DNA of 64,000 nucleotides, taken from the NCBI GenBank assembly GCA_964640635.1, contig CAZXFD010000001.1, forward strand, positions 96,163 to 160,162, written 5' to 3'. This stretch comes from an uncultured Gammaproteobacteria bacterium (lineage in GTDB: Bacteria; Patescibacteriota; Patescibacteriia; UBA1558; S5-K13). Position numbers and translations under genes: made by a program. The stretch's first letter is position 1. Each line of letters starts with the position of its first letter. Positions 9,386 to 19,368 of the stretch are shown piece after piece. A model generated the notes under the pieces. The model searched no databases. It saw only the letters and a list, made by a program, of their open reading frames with translations, and was not told the origin of the DNA.

Positions 9386-10687
9386 ATGAAACAAAAAGAG
9401 GCTTTAGCTATATTAAAATTAGGTCACAATGTTCTTCTAACTGGTCCAGCAGGAAGCGGTAAAACATATTTATTGAATCAGTATGTAGATCATTTGAGAA
9501 GAAGAAAAATAGGCGTTGCAATAACGGCTTCTACTGGTATTGCAGCAACTCATATTGGTGGGCGGACTATTCACTCGTGGGTAGGAATTGGTATCAAAGA
9601 TGATCTTAGCAAAAAAGATATTCAAGCTCTCACCAAAAAGTCTTATCTAAAAAAGCAATTCAAAAAAACTGAAGTATTGATAATTGATGAAATTTCTATG
9701 TTACATGCCCATCGTTTGGATATGATAGATAAAGTATGCCAGGCTTTCAAAAAAAACTTTTTACCATTTGGCGGTATTCAAATTGTTATGTCTGGAGATT
9801 TTTTTCAGCTTCCTCCAATTTCTCCTGGTAGGGGAGAGGCAGAGTTTGTTTATAAGTCCAATGTTTGGAAAGAAATGGATTTACATGTTTGTTATTTGAG
9901 CGAACAACATCGTCAAAATGATGAAAAGATGATTCAAGTTCTAAAAAGTTTGAGAGAAAATGCCGTTGATATAGAAACAGTAAAACTTCTTCGCAATAGA
10001 ATGAATCAAAAAACAAAAACAAAAGTTCGACCAGTTAGATTATTTACTCATAATGTCGATGTTGATGCGATAAATAATACAGAACTTCAAAAAATAAATG
10101 CTCCAGAATTTAGTTATTGTATGACTGGTGATGGTGAGAAAAAGTTAGTAGAAGCTTTGAAAAAAAATTGTTTAGCACCAGAGGAATTGGTTTTGAAAAA
10201 AGGTGCTCTAGTTATGTTTGTAAAAAATAAATTTAAAGACGAAAGAGTTATTTATGTAAATGGTAGCATGGGAATAGTTGCTGATTTTGATGACAATGGT
10301 TTTCCAATAGTTCATTTGAACTCTGGAGAAGATGTTTTGGTGGCGCCAGATAGTTGGACAATAGACAGTGAAGATAAAATATTGGCAAAAATAAATCAAA
10401 TTCCACTTCGCTTGGCATGGGCTATTACGGTGCACAAAAGTCAGGGAATGACACTTGAGGCAGCAGAGATTGATTTAAGTCGTTCTTTTGGATATGGAAT
10501 GGGGTATGTTGCCCTATCTCGTTTGACTAGTTTAGAAGGATTGTATTTACTAGGGATTAATGAAATGGCATATAAACTTGATCCACAAGTATATGAATAT
10601 GAAAAAAAATTGTTAATTCTTTCTGAAGAAGCTAGGGGAGATAATAGTCCCAAAGTTCATAAAAAACAGATAAGCCTTACTTGTTAA
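9386..10687 (+). CDS. Pif1-family SF1B DNA helicase
   Basis: TGPAGSGKT, IIDEISM, GDFFQLPP, QIPLRLAWAITVHKSQGMTL, YVALSR. Confidence 0.9.
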   Translation: MKQKEALAILKLGHNVLLTGPAGSGKTYLLNQYVDHLRRRKIGVAITASTGIAATHIGGRTIHSWVGIGIKDDLSKKDIQALTKKSYLKKQFKKTEVLIIDEISMLHAHRLDMIDKVCQAFKKNFLPFGGIQIVMSGDFFQLPPISPGRGEAEFVYKSNVWKEMDLHVCYLSEQHRQNDEKMIQVLKSLRENAVDIETVKLLRNRMNQKTKTKVRPVRLFTHNVDVDAINNTELQKINAPEFSYCMTGDGEKKLVEALKKNCLAPEELVLKKGALVMFVKNKFKDERVIYVNGSMGIVADFDDNGFPIVHLNSGEDVLVAPDSWTIDSEDKILAKINQIPLRLAWAITVHKSQGMTLEAAEIDLSRSFGYGMGYVALSRLTSLEGLYLLGINEMAYKLDPQVYEYEKKLLILSEEARGDNSPKVHKKQISLTC

Positions 10688-10796
10688 AATGAGTGTTTTG
10701 TGTTTTTAGTGATTTACTCCATTGATTTTTGGCATTAAATATGAGATTATTATTAGTGTATGAAAATTTTTATAATTAATTATTGATATTAATCCT

Positions 10797-11507
10797 ATGG
10801 AAGAAAAAATAGAAAACAATACAATTAGACAAGAGTCAATTGATGTGCAAGAACCCAAAGAAGAGCTTAAGCAAGAAGAATTAGTAAACGTAGAGAGCGA
10901 TAAAAAAGTTATCGACAAAAAATCAATCAAAATTAGTAAGAAGACTATTGTTATCGTTGCGATAGTATTGGTTGTAGGAATTTTGATTTATTTTTCTAAA
11001 AGTTTATTTGTAGCAGCTACTGTTGATGGTAGTCCTATAAGTAGAATGTCTTTAATCTCCAAGCTTGAAAAAACTTCAGGCAAAAGCTTGCTAGACTCTC
11101 TTATTACAGAAAAACTTATTGAAAACGAAGTTAAAGCAAGAAAGATAGTAATAAGTAGTAGTGATGTTGATATGGAGATAAAAAAAATAGAAGAACAAAT
11201 TGCTACACAAGGATCTACTATTGAAGCAGCATTGTCTGAACAGGGCATGACTATAGAAGATTTGAAAAAGCAAATTAAATTACAAAAAGAAGCAGAAAAA
11301 TTAGTTGCTGATAAAATAGGTGTTACAGATGAAGAGGTAGCAAAATATATAGTAGATAATAAAATAGAAATACCAAAGGGTCAAGAAGTTGTAATGAACG
11401 AACAAATTAAAGCTCAGTTAAGTAGTCAAGCACTTGGCACTGCAATTCAAAGCTTGATAACAGAATTGAAAACAAAAGCAAAAATTAATTATTTTGTAAA
11501 GTATTAA
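10797..11507 (+). CDS. SurA/PrsA N-terminal-domain chaperone, membrane anchored
   Basis: TM then VAATVDGSPI, LDSLITEKLI, ELKTKAKI pattern; no clear PPIase domain. Confidence 0.7.
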   Translation: MEEKIENNTIRQESIDVQEPKEELKQEELVNVESDKKVIDKKSIKISKKTIVIVAIVLVVGILIYFSKSLFVAATVDGSPISRMSLISKLEKTSGKSLLDSLITEKLIENEVKARKIVISSSDVDMEIKKIEEQIATQGSTIEAALSEQGMTIEDLKKQIKLQKEAEKLVADKIGVTDEEVAKYIVDNKIEIPKGQEVVMNEQIKAQLSSQALGTAIQSLITELKTKAKINYFVKY

Positions 11508-11534
11508 TTATTATTGTTTATAGTGCTATTTTAG

Positions 11535-11563
11535 AAATATCGGGTCTTTTAACCCGGTATTTT
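11535..11563 (+). terminator. Intrinsic terminator
   Basis: AAATATCGGGT-CTTTTA-ACCCGGTATTT followed by Ts. Confidence 0.7.
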
Positions 11564-11654
11564 TGGTTTTTTATTATTTATTCAAAATATGATAGAATGG
11601 ATATATGATATTTAAGGGGTATAAACAAGAATATCGTTATTAATTAGAACTAAT

Positions 11655-13097
11655 ATGATAAAAATTTACAACACATTAACACGAAAAGTCGAAGATTTTA
11701 TTCCTTTGCAAGAAAAAAAAGTTTCTATTTATGCTTGTGGAGTTACCACTTATGATGAGGTGCATGTTGGACATGCTAGACAAGCTATTTTTTTTGATAT
11801 TGTAAGAAATTATTTTGAATATCTAGGATTTGAGGTGACTTATGTTAGAAATTATACAGATGTAGATGACAAAATCATAAATCGTGCAAATAAAGAAAAA
11901 AAAGAATCTAGTGAGATAAGTGAATATTATATCAAGGAAGCGCTTGAGGATTTTAAAAAGCTCAAAATAAATACAGGAACCCATGAACCAAAAGTAACAG
12001 AATGTATGGATGATATTATTAAATACATAGAAGACTTGATACGCTCTGGAAATGCTTATGAGGCAAATGGTGAAGTTTTTTTTAATGTCGAATCTTTTGC
12101 AGAATATGGAAAATTATCCAATAGAAATCAAAAAGATATGTTGAGCGAAGAGGTTTCGGCAAACAAAAAAAATTCAAATGATTTTGCTCTCTGGAAACCA
12201 GCAAAAGAAGGTGAGCCTTCATGGCCATCTCCATGGGGTAATGGACGACCAGGTTGGCATATAGAATGTTCCGTAATGGCTTATAAATATTTGGGGAAAA
12301 CCATTGATATTCATGGCGGAGGAATTGATTTATTATTTCCGCATCATGAAAATGAAATAGCGCAAAGTGAATCGCACAATATGAAACCTTTTGTTAAATA
12401 TTGGATGCACAATGGTCTAGTTACAGTAAATGGCGTCAAGATGAGTAAAAGTCTGGGTAACTTTGTAACCGTTAAAGATGCTCTAGAAGATAATTATCCA
12501 GAGGAAATAAGATATTCTATTTTAATACAGAGTTATTCCTCAGAAATAGATTTTACAAGAGAATTGTTTGCGGTTGCAAGAAAGAGAATGTATTATTTTT
12601 ATAAAACTTTATACAAAATAGATGAGTTGATTAAGGATAATAATGGTATTGCGTCTATTAAAGATATGCCAGTCATTATAGAAAAATTTGAGGAAAACTT
12701 TATTGAGGCAATGAATGATAATTTTAATACAGCTAAAGTTTTTGCTAATATTTCAGAAGTGTTTAATCAGCTAAACGAAATTATTGTCTCAGATACAATG
12801 CCCAAAGAACAAAAAATATCAATTTTTATATACTTCAAGGAAAAGCTTTCCAAAATAGCACACGTTTTAAGAGTTTTGGAAGAAAATCCAGCAGATTATA
12901 TTAATAAATTAGAAGAATATCAGTTAGCTAAAAACAAAATTACCAAAGAATATATTTTATCTAAAATTGAAAAGCGCAGAGCACTGAAAGTAAATAAGCA
13001 ATATGTTGAAGCGGATAAAATTAGAGATGAATTGTTGGAGAAAAATATCACACTAAAGGACTCTGGAGAGGACGTTGAATGGGAGCTTGTAATATAA
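11655..13097 (+). CDS. cysS: Cysteine--tRNA ligase
   Basis: HVGH, GRPGWHIECS, DIHGGGIDLLFPHHENE, KMSKS. Confidence 0.97.
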   Translation: MIKIYNTLTRKVEDFIPLQEKKVSIYACGVTTYDEVHVGHARQAIFFDIVRNYFEYLGFEVTYVRNYTDVDDKIINRANKEKKESSEISEYYIKEALEDFKKLKINTGTHEPKVTECMDDIIKYIEDLIRSGNAYEANGEVFFNVESFAEYGKLSNRNQKDMLSEEVSANKKNSNDFALWKPAKEGEPSWPSPWGNGRPGWHIECSVMAYKYLGKTIDIHGGGIDLLFPHHENEIAQSESHNMKPFVKYWMHNGLVTVNGVKMSKSLGNFVTVKDALEDNYPEEIRYSILIQSYSSEIDFTRELFAVARKRMYYFYKTLYKIDELIKDNNGIASIKDMPVIIEKFEENFIEAMNDNFNTAKVFANISEVFNQLNEIIVSDTMPKEQKISIFIYFKEKLSKIAHVLRVLEENPADYINKLEEYQLAKNKITKEYILSKIEKRRALKVNKQYVEADKIRDELLEKNITLKDSGEDVEWELVI

Positions 13098-13178
13098 AAA
13101 TAAAAATAAGCATTAATTAATTAAAATTCTAGTCATATAATTGGATAAATCCACGTTTTTGACTGGACAAATAAAATT

Positions 13179-13889
13179 ATGAAAAAAGTTTTTTTGAGTA
13201 TACTAGTTTTTTCTTTGGTATTTGCGTTTGGTGGTATTAGCATTGCTCAGGAGTTAGAAAAAATTCCTTCACCAGATCAAATTAAATATTTCAAGGTAGT
13301 GAAAAAGGAAGGAAAAGCATTATTTGGTATTCGTTTACAAAAACCAAAGCAAGAAATGAATAGTGAGGCCACGACATCGTCTTTAGAAAAAATTCTTACG
13401 CCTGGTGATATGAGCTTATTCGATAAAATAAGAAAAATTGGAAAATCACTTTTTGGTGTTAGAAAAATAAAAGAAAACAAACTTATTTACATAACTCCAG
13501 AAGCAGCTAAGTGTGTAAAAGATGCTATTTCAAAGAAAGATACGGCATTAAAGACAGTTACGACCAATCATAGTCAATCTATTGTGACTGCTATTGATAC
13601 AAGAAGTACTTGTCAACAGTTGGCAATAGATAAGACAACTGCGAAAGAACAATTTGATGCTAACAAAGTATGCGTTAAAGCATTTCAAGAATCTACAAAA
13701 AATGTTAATTCAACAATGGAAAAATCAAAAAATGATGTAAGAAAAACATATCAGATAGATCTAAGAGCTTGTTCTAAACTACAAATTCCTTCTGTTTCAA
13801 GCACTGTTACAGTAAGTCCCACAGAAGAAATAATCATAGATGACGGAGAAAATGGAGAAGATCAGGCACAATCACAAGAAAAAGAATAG
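13179..13889 (+). CDS. Secreted hypothetical protein with tandem LEKI..P..LFG.R repeats and Cys-containing helical domain
   Basis: Signal peptide; two ~27-aa repeats visible in translation. Confidence 0.7.
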   Translation: MKKVFLSILVFSLVFAFGGISIAQELEKIPSPDQIKYFKVVKKEGKALFGIRLQKPKQEMNSEATTSSLEKILTPGDMSLFDKIRKIGKSLFGVRKIKENKLIYITPEAAKCVKDAISKKDTALKTVTTNHSQSIVTAIDTRSTCQQLAIDKTTAKEQFDANKVCVKAFQESTKNVNSTMEKSKNDVRKTYQIDLRACSKLQIPSVSSTVTVSPTEEIIIDDGENGEDQAQSQEKE

Positions 13890-13906
13890 ATAATATTATT
13901 TCGATT

Positions 13907-13939
13907 AAAAAATCAGCTCCGCTATATGGAGCTGATTTT
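13907..13939. terminator. Intrinsic terminator
   Basis: AAAATCAGCTCC-GCTATAT-GGAGCTGATTTT. Confidence 0.8.
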
Positions 13940-14026
13940 GTTTTGATAATTTGTCTAAGTGTGAGAGAATGACTAAGTAGACAAAGAACATGATATTTAT
14001 CATATTTTGTCAAACAAAAATTGATA

Positions 14027-14046
14027 CCTGCCTGCCGGTAGGCAGG
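14027..14046. repeat. Short GC-rich REP-like palindrome
   Basis: CCTGCCTGCCGGTAGGCAGG in AT-rich 5' region, 15 nt before ATG 14062. Confidence 0.6.
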
Positions 14047-14061
14047 AATAACAAAAACTTT

Positions 14062-15216
14062 ATGTTGAAAGTAGCTATAAACCTTACTAGAGAAAATGTA
14101 GGCGGCATAACAGCCTCCAATATTAATCTTATAAAATATTTATATGAATTAGATTATGAATTTTTGGGTATAGAATTAAATAGAAAAGTGCACATGAGGG
14201 GCTCTGCTTTATTTCGACATTTTTCGCCTGAAATTTTTGACCACCACATAATCAATATTCATCATTTACCAATAGAGGCTGTTATAAAAAAGGCTAAAAA
14301 CATCAAGGATATTGAAAATGTCTATAGTGAGTCAATAAAAATTATTAGAGGTATTTTAAGAGAGACCAAGCCAGATGTAATGTTACTTAGTGGCACTTAT
14401 TATCTTCCATGGCTTATATCAATAGCAGCTAAGCAAGAAAAAATTCCAATTGTACTTAGATATGCAGGAGTTCTCTCTAGAGAGATAGAATATTTTAAGG
14501 AAGACTCAAAAAAGATTTTTCGTTTAATGGAGAAATCTGTTGTTTCTAGAGCAGATCAAATCATTTTTCCATCTCAATTATGTAAAAATGTTGTAGAAAA
14601 AGAAGTTGTGAAGAGTAAAATAAAAAATAGTTATGTTATACCGAATTCTGTTTCAAGACTTTTCATTGATCCTTGTGCAGCAGATTATTCACTAGAGCGT
14701 AGAATTGCAGCAGTAGGTCGCTATACAGATATAAAAAACTTTGATTTATTTTTTGAACTTCATAAAAAATTATTGAAACGTGGATGGAGACATAGTGCTT
14801 CTTTTATAACCAATCCAGGTGCGCATATTAAAAAGCTTCCAAAGACAATAGAAGTTTTCCCGTCAATGACTCCTGAAGGTTTGAAAGAGTTTTATATTTC
14901 CCAGGGTTTGATAATTTGTCCATCAAAATTTGAAACATTTGGAAATGTACCAATGGAGGCAGTGTGTCTAGGTATACCAGTTTTAGTAAGCGATCAAATG
15001 GGCTGTGCAGAAATTTTGAAGAAAGTTGGTCTTGAAAACATGGTTATATCTTTTGATGACTTGGATAAAGTAGCCGATAGAGTGCAAAAGCTTTGTGGTC
15101 AGTCAATACTACCAAAACAATTAAACGCATTAAAGCGAATCCTTGATATTAGATTGGTCGGGGAAGAGATCAATGCAGTTTTGATAAATACGGTAAAAAG
15201 ATTTTCTGAAGAATAA
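14062..15216 (+). CDS. Glycosyltransferase family 4 (GT-B)
   Basis: VGRY..IKN, PSKFETFGNVPMEAVCLGIPVLVS; start moved to ATG 14062. Confidence 0.85.
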   Translation: MLKVAINLTRENVGGITASNINLIKYLYELDYEFLGIELNRKVHMRGSALFRHFSPEIFDHHIINIHHLPIEAVIKKAKNIKDIENVYSESIKIIRGILRETKPDVMLLSGTYYLPWLISIAAKQEKIPIVLRYAGVLSREIEYFKEDSKKIFRLMEKSVVSRADQIIFPSQLCKNVVEKEVVKSKIKNSYVIPNSVSRLFIDPCAADYSLERRIAAVGRYTDIKNFDLFFELHKKLLKRGWRHSASFITNPGAHIKKLPKTIEVFPSMTPEGLKEFYISQGLIICPSKFETFGNVPMEAVCLGIPVLVSDQMGCAEILKKVGLENMVISFDDLDKVADRVQKLCGQSILPKQLNALKRILDIRLVGEEINAVLINTVKRFSEE

Positions 15217-15271
15217 TTCCCACCTATAACAGGGGTTAGTAAAATATAAACATCCCGTCTGAGGGGTGTTT

Positions 15272-15824
15272 TTAATATTTATAATTTCTATCATTTTTCC
15301 AGTTATTGGGATTATTTTGTATATATTTTCTACATTTCCACAAATCATTTTCTGTCCTAATAATATGTTCATAAAATCTATATTGCCAATTAAAATCACA
15401 ATGATTATATTGTTTGTTTATTGTTTTTTTACAAATGGATTTGTATGATCTAACTATTGATGACAATGACCCTGATTTTGGAGAAATATTAGACATTTGC
15501 GCATTTCCGTAGAGACGTAGCACTGCTACGTCTCTACGTTGTTTGTATTTAATAAACACTATCATATGTATGTGATTTGGCATTATAATAAACGAATTTA
15601 TTTTAATAAAACGGAAATGCGCATTTATTTGTTTTTAAATAGTGTTTTACAACATACCCCAATCTGTTTAAGATCATCTTCTCATTTATAATTTCACCAA
15701 ACATCTTTATTCTATTCTTGGTACAGATTGTAACAAAATAAAAACCAGGATTAGAATAATCCCAGCAGTTGAGTCTTGTTGATTTAATTCGATATTTATT
15801 TTTAAATAAGGCCTTGTTTTTCAT
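15272..15824 (-). pseudogene. REP-associated tyrosine transposase (RAYT, IS200/Y1 family), frameshifted
   Basis: RL..WDYSNPGFYFVTICT in one frame; MPNHIH (HUH), SLSSIVRSYKS, WQ.RFYEHIIR, YI.NNP.NW in the next; an extra A in the A5 run near 15632-15636 splits the frames. Confidence 0.85.
15508..15538. repeat. GTAG-type REP palindrome inside the RAYT gene
   Basis: CGTAGAGACGTAGCA-C-TGCTACGTCTCTACG, perfect 15-bp arms starting with GTAG. Confidence 0.8.
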
Positions 15825-15883
15825 ACAATCGCTTTTCAGGTGATTATATATATCTTATTATTTTAAATGAATATGTCAATAAG

Positions 15884-15913
15884 AAAAAATCACTCTTTCG
15901 GAGTGATTTTTTT
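15884..15913 (-). terminator. Intrinsic terminator downstream of typA
   Basis: AAAAAATCACTC-TTTCG-GAGTGATTTTTT. Confidence 0.8.
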
Positions 15914-15927
15914 AGAGTATATAATTT

Positions 15928-17724
15928 TTATTTCTCTTTCTTTCTTCCAAATCTAGTACGTTCGATTTCAGTAAGATATTGTTTTCTAAGTCTAATATTG
16001 TGTGGTGTGATTTCTAAGTATTCATCATCATTCATTATACTCATGCCACGCTCCAAGGTTATTTCTAAAGGAGTAGTAAGTTTTATTGCTTCATCAGCAT
16101 TTGATGATCTCATATTCGTAAGTTGTTTGCCTTTTATAACATTGACTACCATATCATTTCCTTTTGCAACATTTCCTACTACCATTCCCTCATAAACTTC
16201 TGTATTTGCTTTTATATAAAGCACACCACGTTCTTGAATATTATAAAGTGAAAATCCAAGTGCTTTTCCAGTTGCCATTGAAATCATTGAACCTAGTTCT
16301 GTTTTATCAATTTTTCCAGCATATTGTTTGAATCCTGTTACACGTGAATATAATATTCCTTCGCCACGTGTATCAACAACAAACTCATTTTTGTAGCCCA
16401 AAAGTCCACGAGTAGGAACTTCAAATACCATTCGAAGATTCCCATGCTCTGGCTCCATTTCTGTCATTGTTCCACGACGTTTTGAAAGCTTTTGAATAAT
16501 TATTCCTGACATTTCTTGAGGAACATTAATAATTACTTCTTCATATGGTTCGTGTTTTTCACCATCAATTTCTTTGATGATTACATGTGGTTGAGAAATT
16601 TGAAGTTCATAGCCTTCACGTCTTAGGTTTTCAAGTAATATTGCAATATGCATTTCACCTCTTCCATAAACTTTGTAAAAATCAGATGATCCAAAATCTA
16701 TTTTTAGACCTACGTTTATTTCTAATTCTTTTTCTAGTCTTTCTTTGAGTTGTCTGTTTGTTACAAATTTTCCTTCACGTCCTGCAAAGGGGGAGTTGTT
16801 TATCAAAAAGTTTAGACAAATTGTAGGTTCATCAATACTTATTGCTGGAAGTGAATTTTGCTTTTCATTTTCGCAGATTGTCTCTCCAATGTAGATATCA
16901 GGAAGTCCAGCAATCATTACAATGTCTCCAGCTGAGGCAGATTCAATTTCTTTTTTAATAAGTCCTTCAAAAGTAAATAATTTTGTAATTTTTCCACGTC
17001 TTGCAACTCCTCCTGAGTTTTTGATGATTAATGTCTGAGCTTGGTTTATTGTTCCTTCGTATATACGGCATATTGCCAAACGGCCAAGAAAATTGTCATA
17101 CCCAAGGTTGAATGGTTGAGCAAGAAGTTCTTTGTTGGTTAGCTCAGGACTGGAAGCGACGGGAACTTTTTCTAATATGATATCAAGAAGTGGAGAAAAA
17201 TCTCGCGCTTCTTCGTGTAAATGTTTTTTTGCAACACCGTCGCGTGCTATAGCATAGATTGCAGTAAAATCTAGTTGATCATCGTCAGCGCCAAGATCAA
17301 GAAATAGTTCATATACCATTTCTTTGACTTCATCTGGACTTGCTGCTGGTTTATCAATTTTGTTTATTACTACAATTGGTTTTAGCCCTAGGTCGAGTGA
17401 TTTTTTTAATACAAATTTTGTTTGAGGCATTGGCCCTTCTTGTGCATCGACAACAAGAACAACGGAGTCTATGGAGCGAAGAACACGTTCTACCTCAGAA
17501 CCAAAATCAGCATGACCTGGAGTGTCAACAATGTTTATTTTTGTGCCTTTGTAGTAAATTGAAGTGTTTTTTGAGTATATTGTAATACCCCTTTCTTTTT
17601 CTAGATCATTGCTATCCATGCTTGTCTCGCCAGTAGACATACCAGTTTGCTTCATTAGAGCGTCTGTTATTGTGGTTTTGCCATGGTCAACATGAGCAAT
17701 AATGGCTATATTTCTTATTTCCAT
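15928..17724 (-). CDS. typA: Translational GTPase TypA/BipA
   Basis: IAHVDHGKTT, EKERGITI, DTPGHADFGSEVER, GRGEMH, KQLTNMRS. Confidence 0.97.
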   Translation of the reverse strand: MEIRNIAIIAHVDHGKTTITDALMKQTGMSTGETSMDSNDLEKERGITIYSKNTSIYYKGTKINIVDTPGHADFGSEVERVLRSIDSVVLVVDAQEGPMPQTKFVLKKSLDLGLKPIVVINKIDKPAASPDEVKEMVYELFLDLGADDDQLDFTAIYAIARDGVAKKHLHEEARDFSPLLDIILEKVPVASSPELTNKELLAQPFNLGYDNFLGRLAICRIYEGTINQAQTLIIKNSGGVARRGKITKLFTFEGLIKKEIESASAGDIVMIAGLPDIYIGETICENEKQNSLPAISIDEPTICLNFLINNSPFAGREGKFVTNRQLKERLEKELEINVGLKIDFGSSDFYKVYGRGEMHIAILLENLRREGYELQISQPHVIIKEIDGEKHEPYEEVIINVPQEMSGIIIQKLSKRRGTMTEMEPEHGNLRMVFEVPTRGLLGYKNEFVVDTRGEGILYSRVTGFKQYAGKIDKTELGSMISMATGKALGFSLYNIQERGVLYIKANTEVYEGMVVGNVAKGNDMVVNVIKGKQLTNMRSSNADEAIKLTTPLEITLERGMSIMNDDEYLEITPHNIRLRKQYLTEIERTRFGRKKEK

Positions 17725-17759
17725 GATATTGTAATTTTAGATGTGATTTAAGTGTCACA

Positions 17760-17826
17760 AGAATATCACATAATTTTTGTGTTGTCAATTATTGTATTTG
17801 ACTTATTCATAGATACATGTTATGAT
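17760..17826. promoter_or_regulatory. Divergent sigma70 promoters for typA (-) and DEAD-box helicase (+)
   Basis: Minus: TTGACA(17783-88)-17 nt-TATTCT; plus: TTGACT(17798-803)-17 nt-TATGAT. Confidence 0.7.
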
Positions 17827-17920
17827 TAGATATTAATCTAACTTAATAAAAGATTCCAGAGTTCGCATAGTCATTGAGGTGACCTTCCGAAAACCGGGTC
17901 ACTTATTTTTAAACATAAAT

Positions 17921-19246
17921 ATGTACAACAAAAAAAACACGAAATCAGGCTATCAAAGAGCTTTTAAGCCAAGAGAAATGCCAAAAAAAGAAACTACTAA
18001 AGAAATAAAAGACGTAGTTTTGGAAGATAAAATTCAAGAAACGCTTAGCGAAGAAGTTTTGAAATTTTCAGAACTTGGAATTTGTAGTGAAATTTTAGAT
18101 GTCTTAAAAAGACTTAATCTTGTAATTCCAACTCCAATTCAACAAAAAACAATTCCCATTGCATTACAAGGCAAAGATTTAATAGGTGTCGCTCAAACTG
18201 GGACTGGTAAAACATTTGCATATGGCATTCCAATGCTTGAGCGCATTTTAGAAACAGGTGGTGTGGGTCTTGTTATTGCTCCAACTCGTGAGCTTGCTCA
18301 GCAAGTAGAAGAAAGTATTAGTAAGCTAGGGAGTTCAATGGGATTAAAGACAGCAATTCTTATTGGAGGTGAGGCAATAGATCGCCAACTCTTCGCACTC
18401 CGTAAAAATCCAAATGTAGTAGTGGCAACTCCAGGAAGACTTATTGATCATCTAGAGCGAAGAACATTCAAAATAAACCAGGTAAACACATTGGTTTTAG
18501 ACGAAGCAGATATGATGCTTGATATGGGATTTGCTCCACAGATTCAAGAAATTCTAAGACAAGTACCTTCTGAACGTCAGACACTACTTTTTTCAGCAAC
18601 TATGCCTGATACAATTGTAAAAATTGCAACTAAGCACATGAAACTTCCAGTAAGTATTGAAGTGGCTCGTCCAGGAACAACAGCAACAGATGTAGATCAA
18701 GAAATTTTTATGATAAAAAATGAGGATAGATTTACTCATTTAGAAAAAATTCTAAAAGAATATGAGGGATCAGTTTTGATTTTTGTAAGAACAAAACATG
18801 GTGCAGGCACACTTACTCTTAAGCTTCGCGCAGTAGGATTCAAGGCTATAGAAATCCATTCAAATTTGTCTTTAAGTCGTCGTCGTAGTGCGCTTCTTGC
18901 CTTCAAAAGCAAAAGAGAAAGAATTTTAGTTGCAACAGACGTTGCTTCTCGTGGACTTGATGTAAAAGGAATTGAGCTCGTAGTAAATTACAATTTACCA
19001 GATAATTGCGAAGACTATGTTCATAGAATTGGAAGAACTGGTCGTGCAGGTCAGCTTGGCAAAGCAATTACTCTTGCTACTCCAGGAGAACAAAGACAAA
19101 TTAAAATTATTGAGAAGCTTATTAATAAAAGCTTGAAAACAACAAAATTTGTAGAAACTATTGATGATATAGAATACAAACCAAGTTATGGTAAAAAAAG
19201 AGTATTTTCAAGAGGTGGTGGAAGAAATTATGGAAGAAGGAGATAA
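17921..19246 (+). CDS. DEAD-box RNA helicase (RhlE/DeaD-like)
   Basis: AQTGTGKT, PTRELA, TPGR, DEAD, SAT, SRGLD, HRIGRTGR; ATG 17921 preferred. Confidence 0.95.
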   Translation: MYNKKNTKSGYQRAFKPREMPKKETTKEIKDVVLEDKIQETLSEEVLKFSELGICSEILDVLKRLNLVIPTPIQQKTIPIALQGKDLIGVAQTGTGKTFAYGIPMLERILETGGVGLVIAPTRELAQQVEESISKLGSSMGLKTAILIGGEAIDRQLFALRKNPNVVVATPGRLIDHLERRTFKINQVNTLVLDEADMMLDMGFAPQIQEILRQVPSERQTLLFSATMPDTIVKIATKHMKLPVSIEVARPGTTATDVDQEIFMIKNEDRFTHLEKILKEYEGSVLIFVRTKHGAGTLTLKLRAVGFKAIEIHSNLSLSRRRSALLAFKSKRERILVATDVASRGLDVKGIELVVNYNLPDNCEDYVHRIGRTGRAGQLGKAITLATPGEQRQIKIIEKLINKSLKTTKFVETIDDIEYKPSYGKKRVFSRGGGRNYGRRR

Positions 19247-19368
19247 TTTAGTATTTAGTGTTTGGTATTTAGAAAAGACATTGCTGAGAAGTGATGTTTT
19301 TTTGTTTTATGAACATAAATAAATGAAAGTGTGTTATAATAATATAGTCTAAGTATTAATTAAAATTT

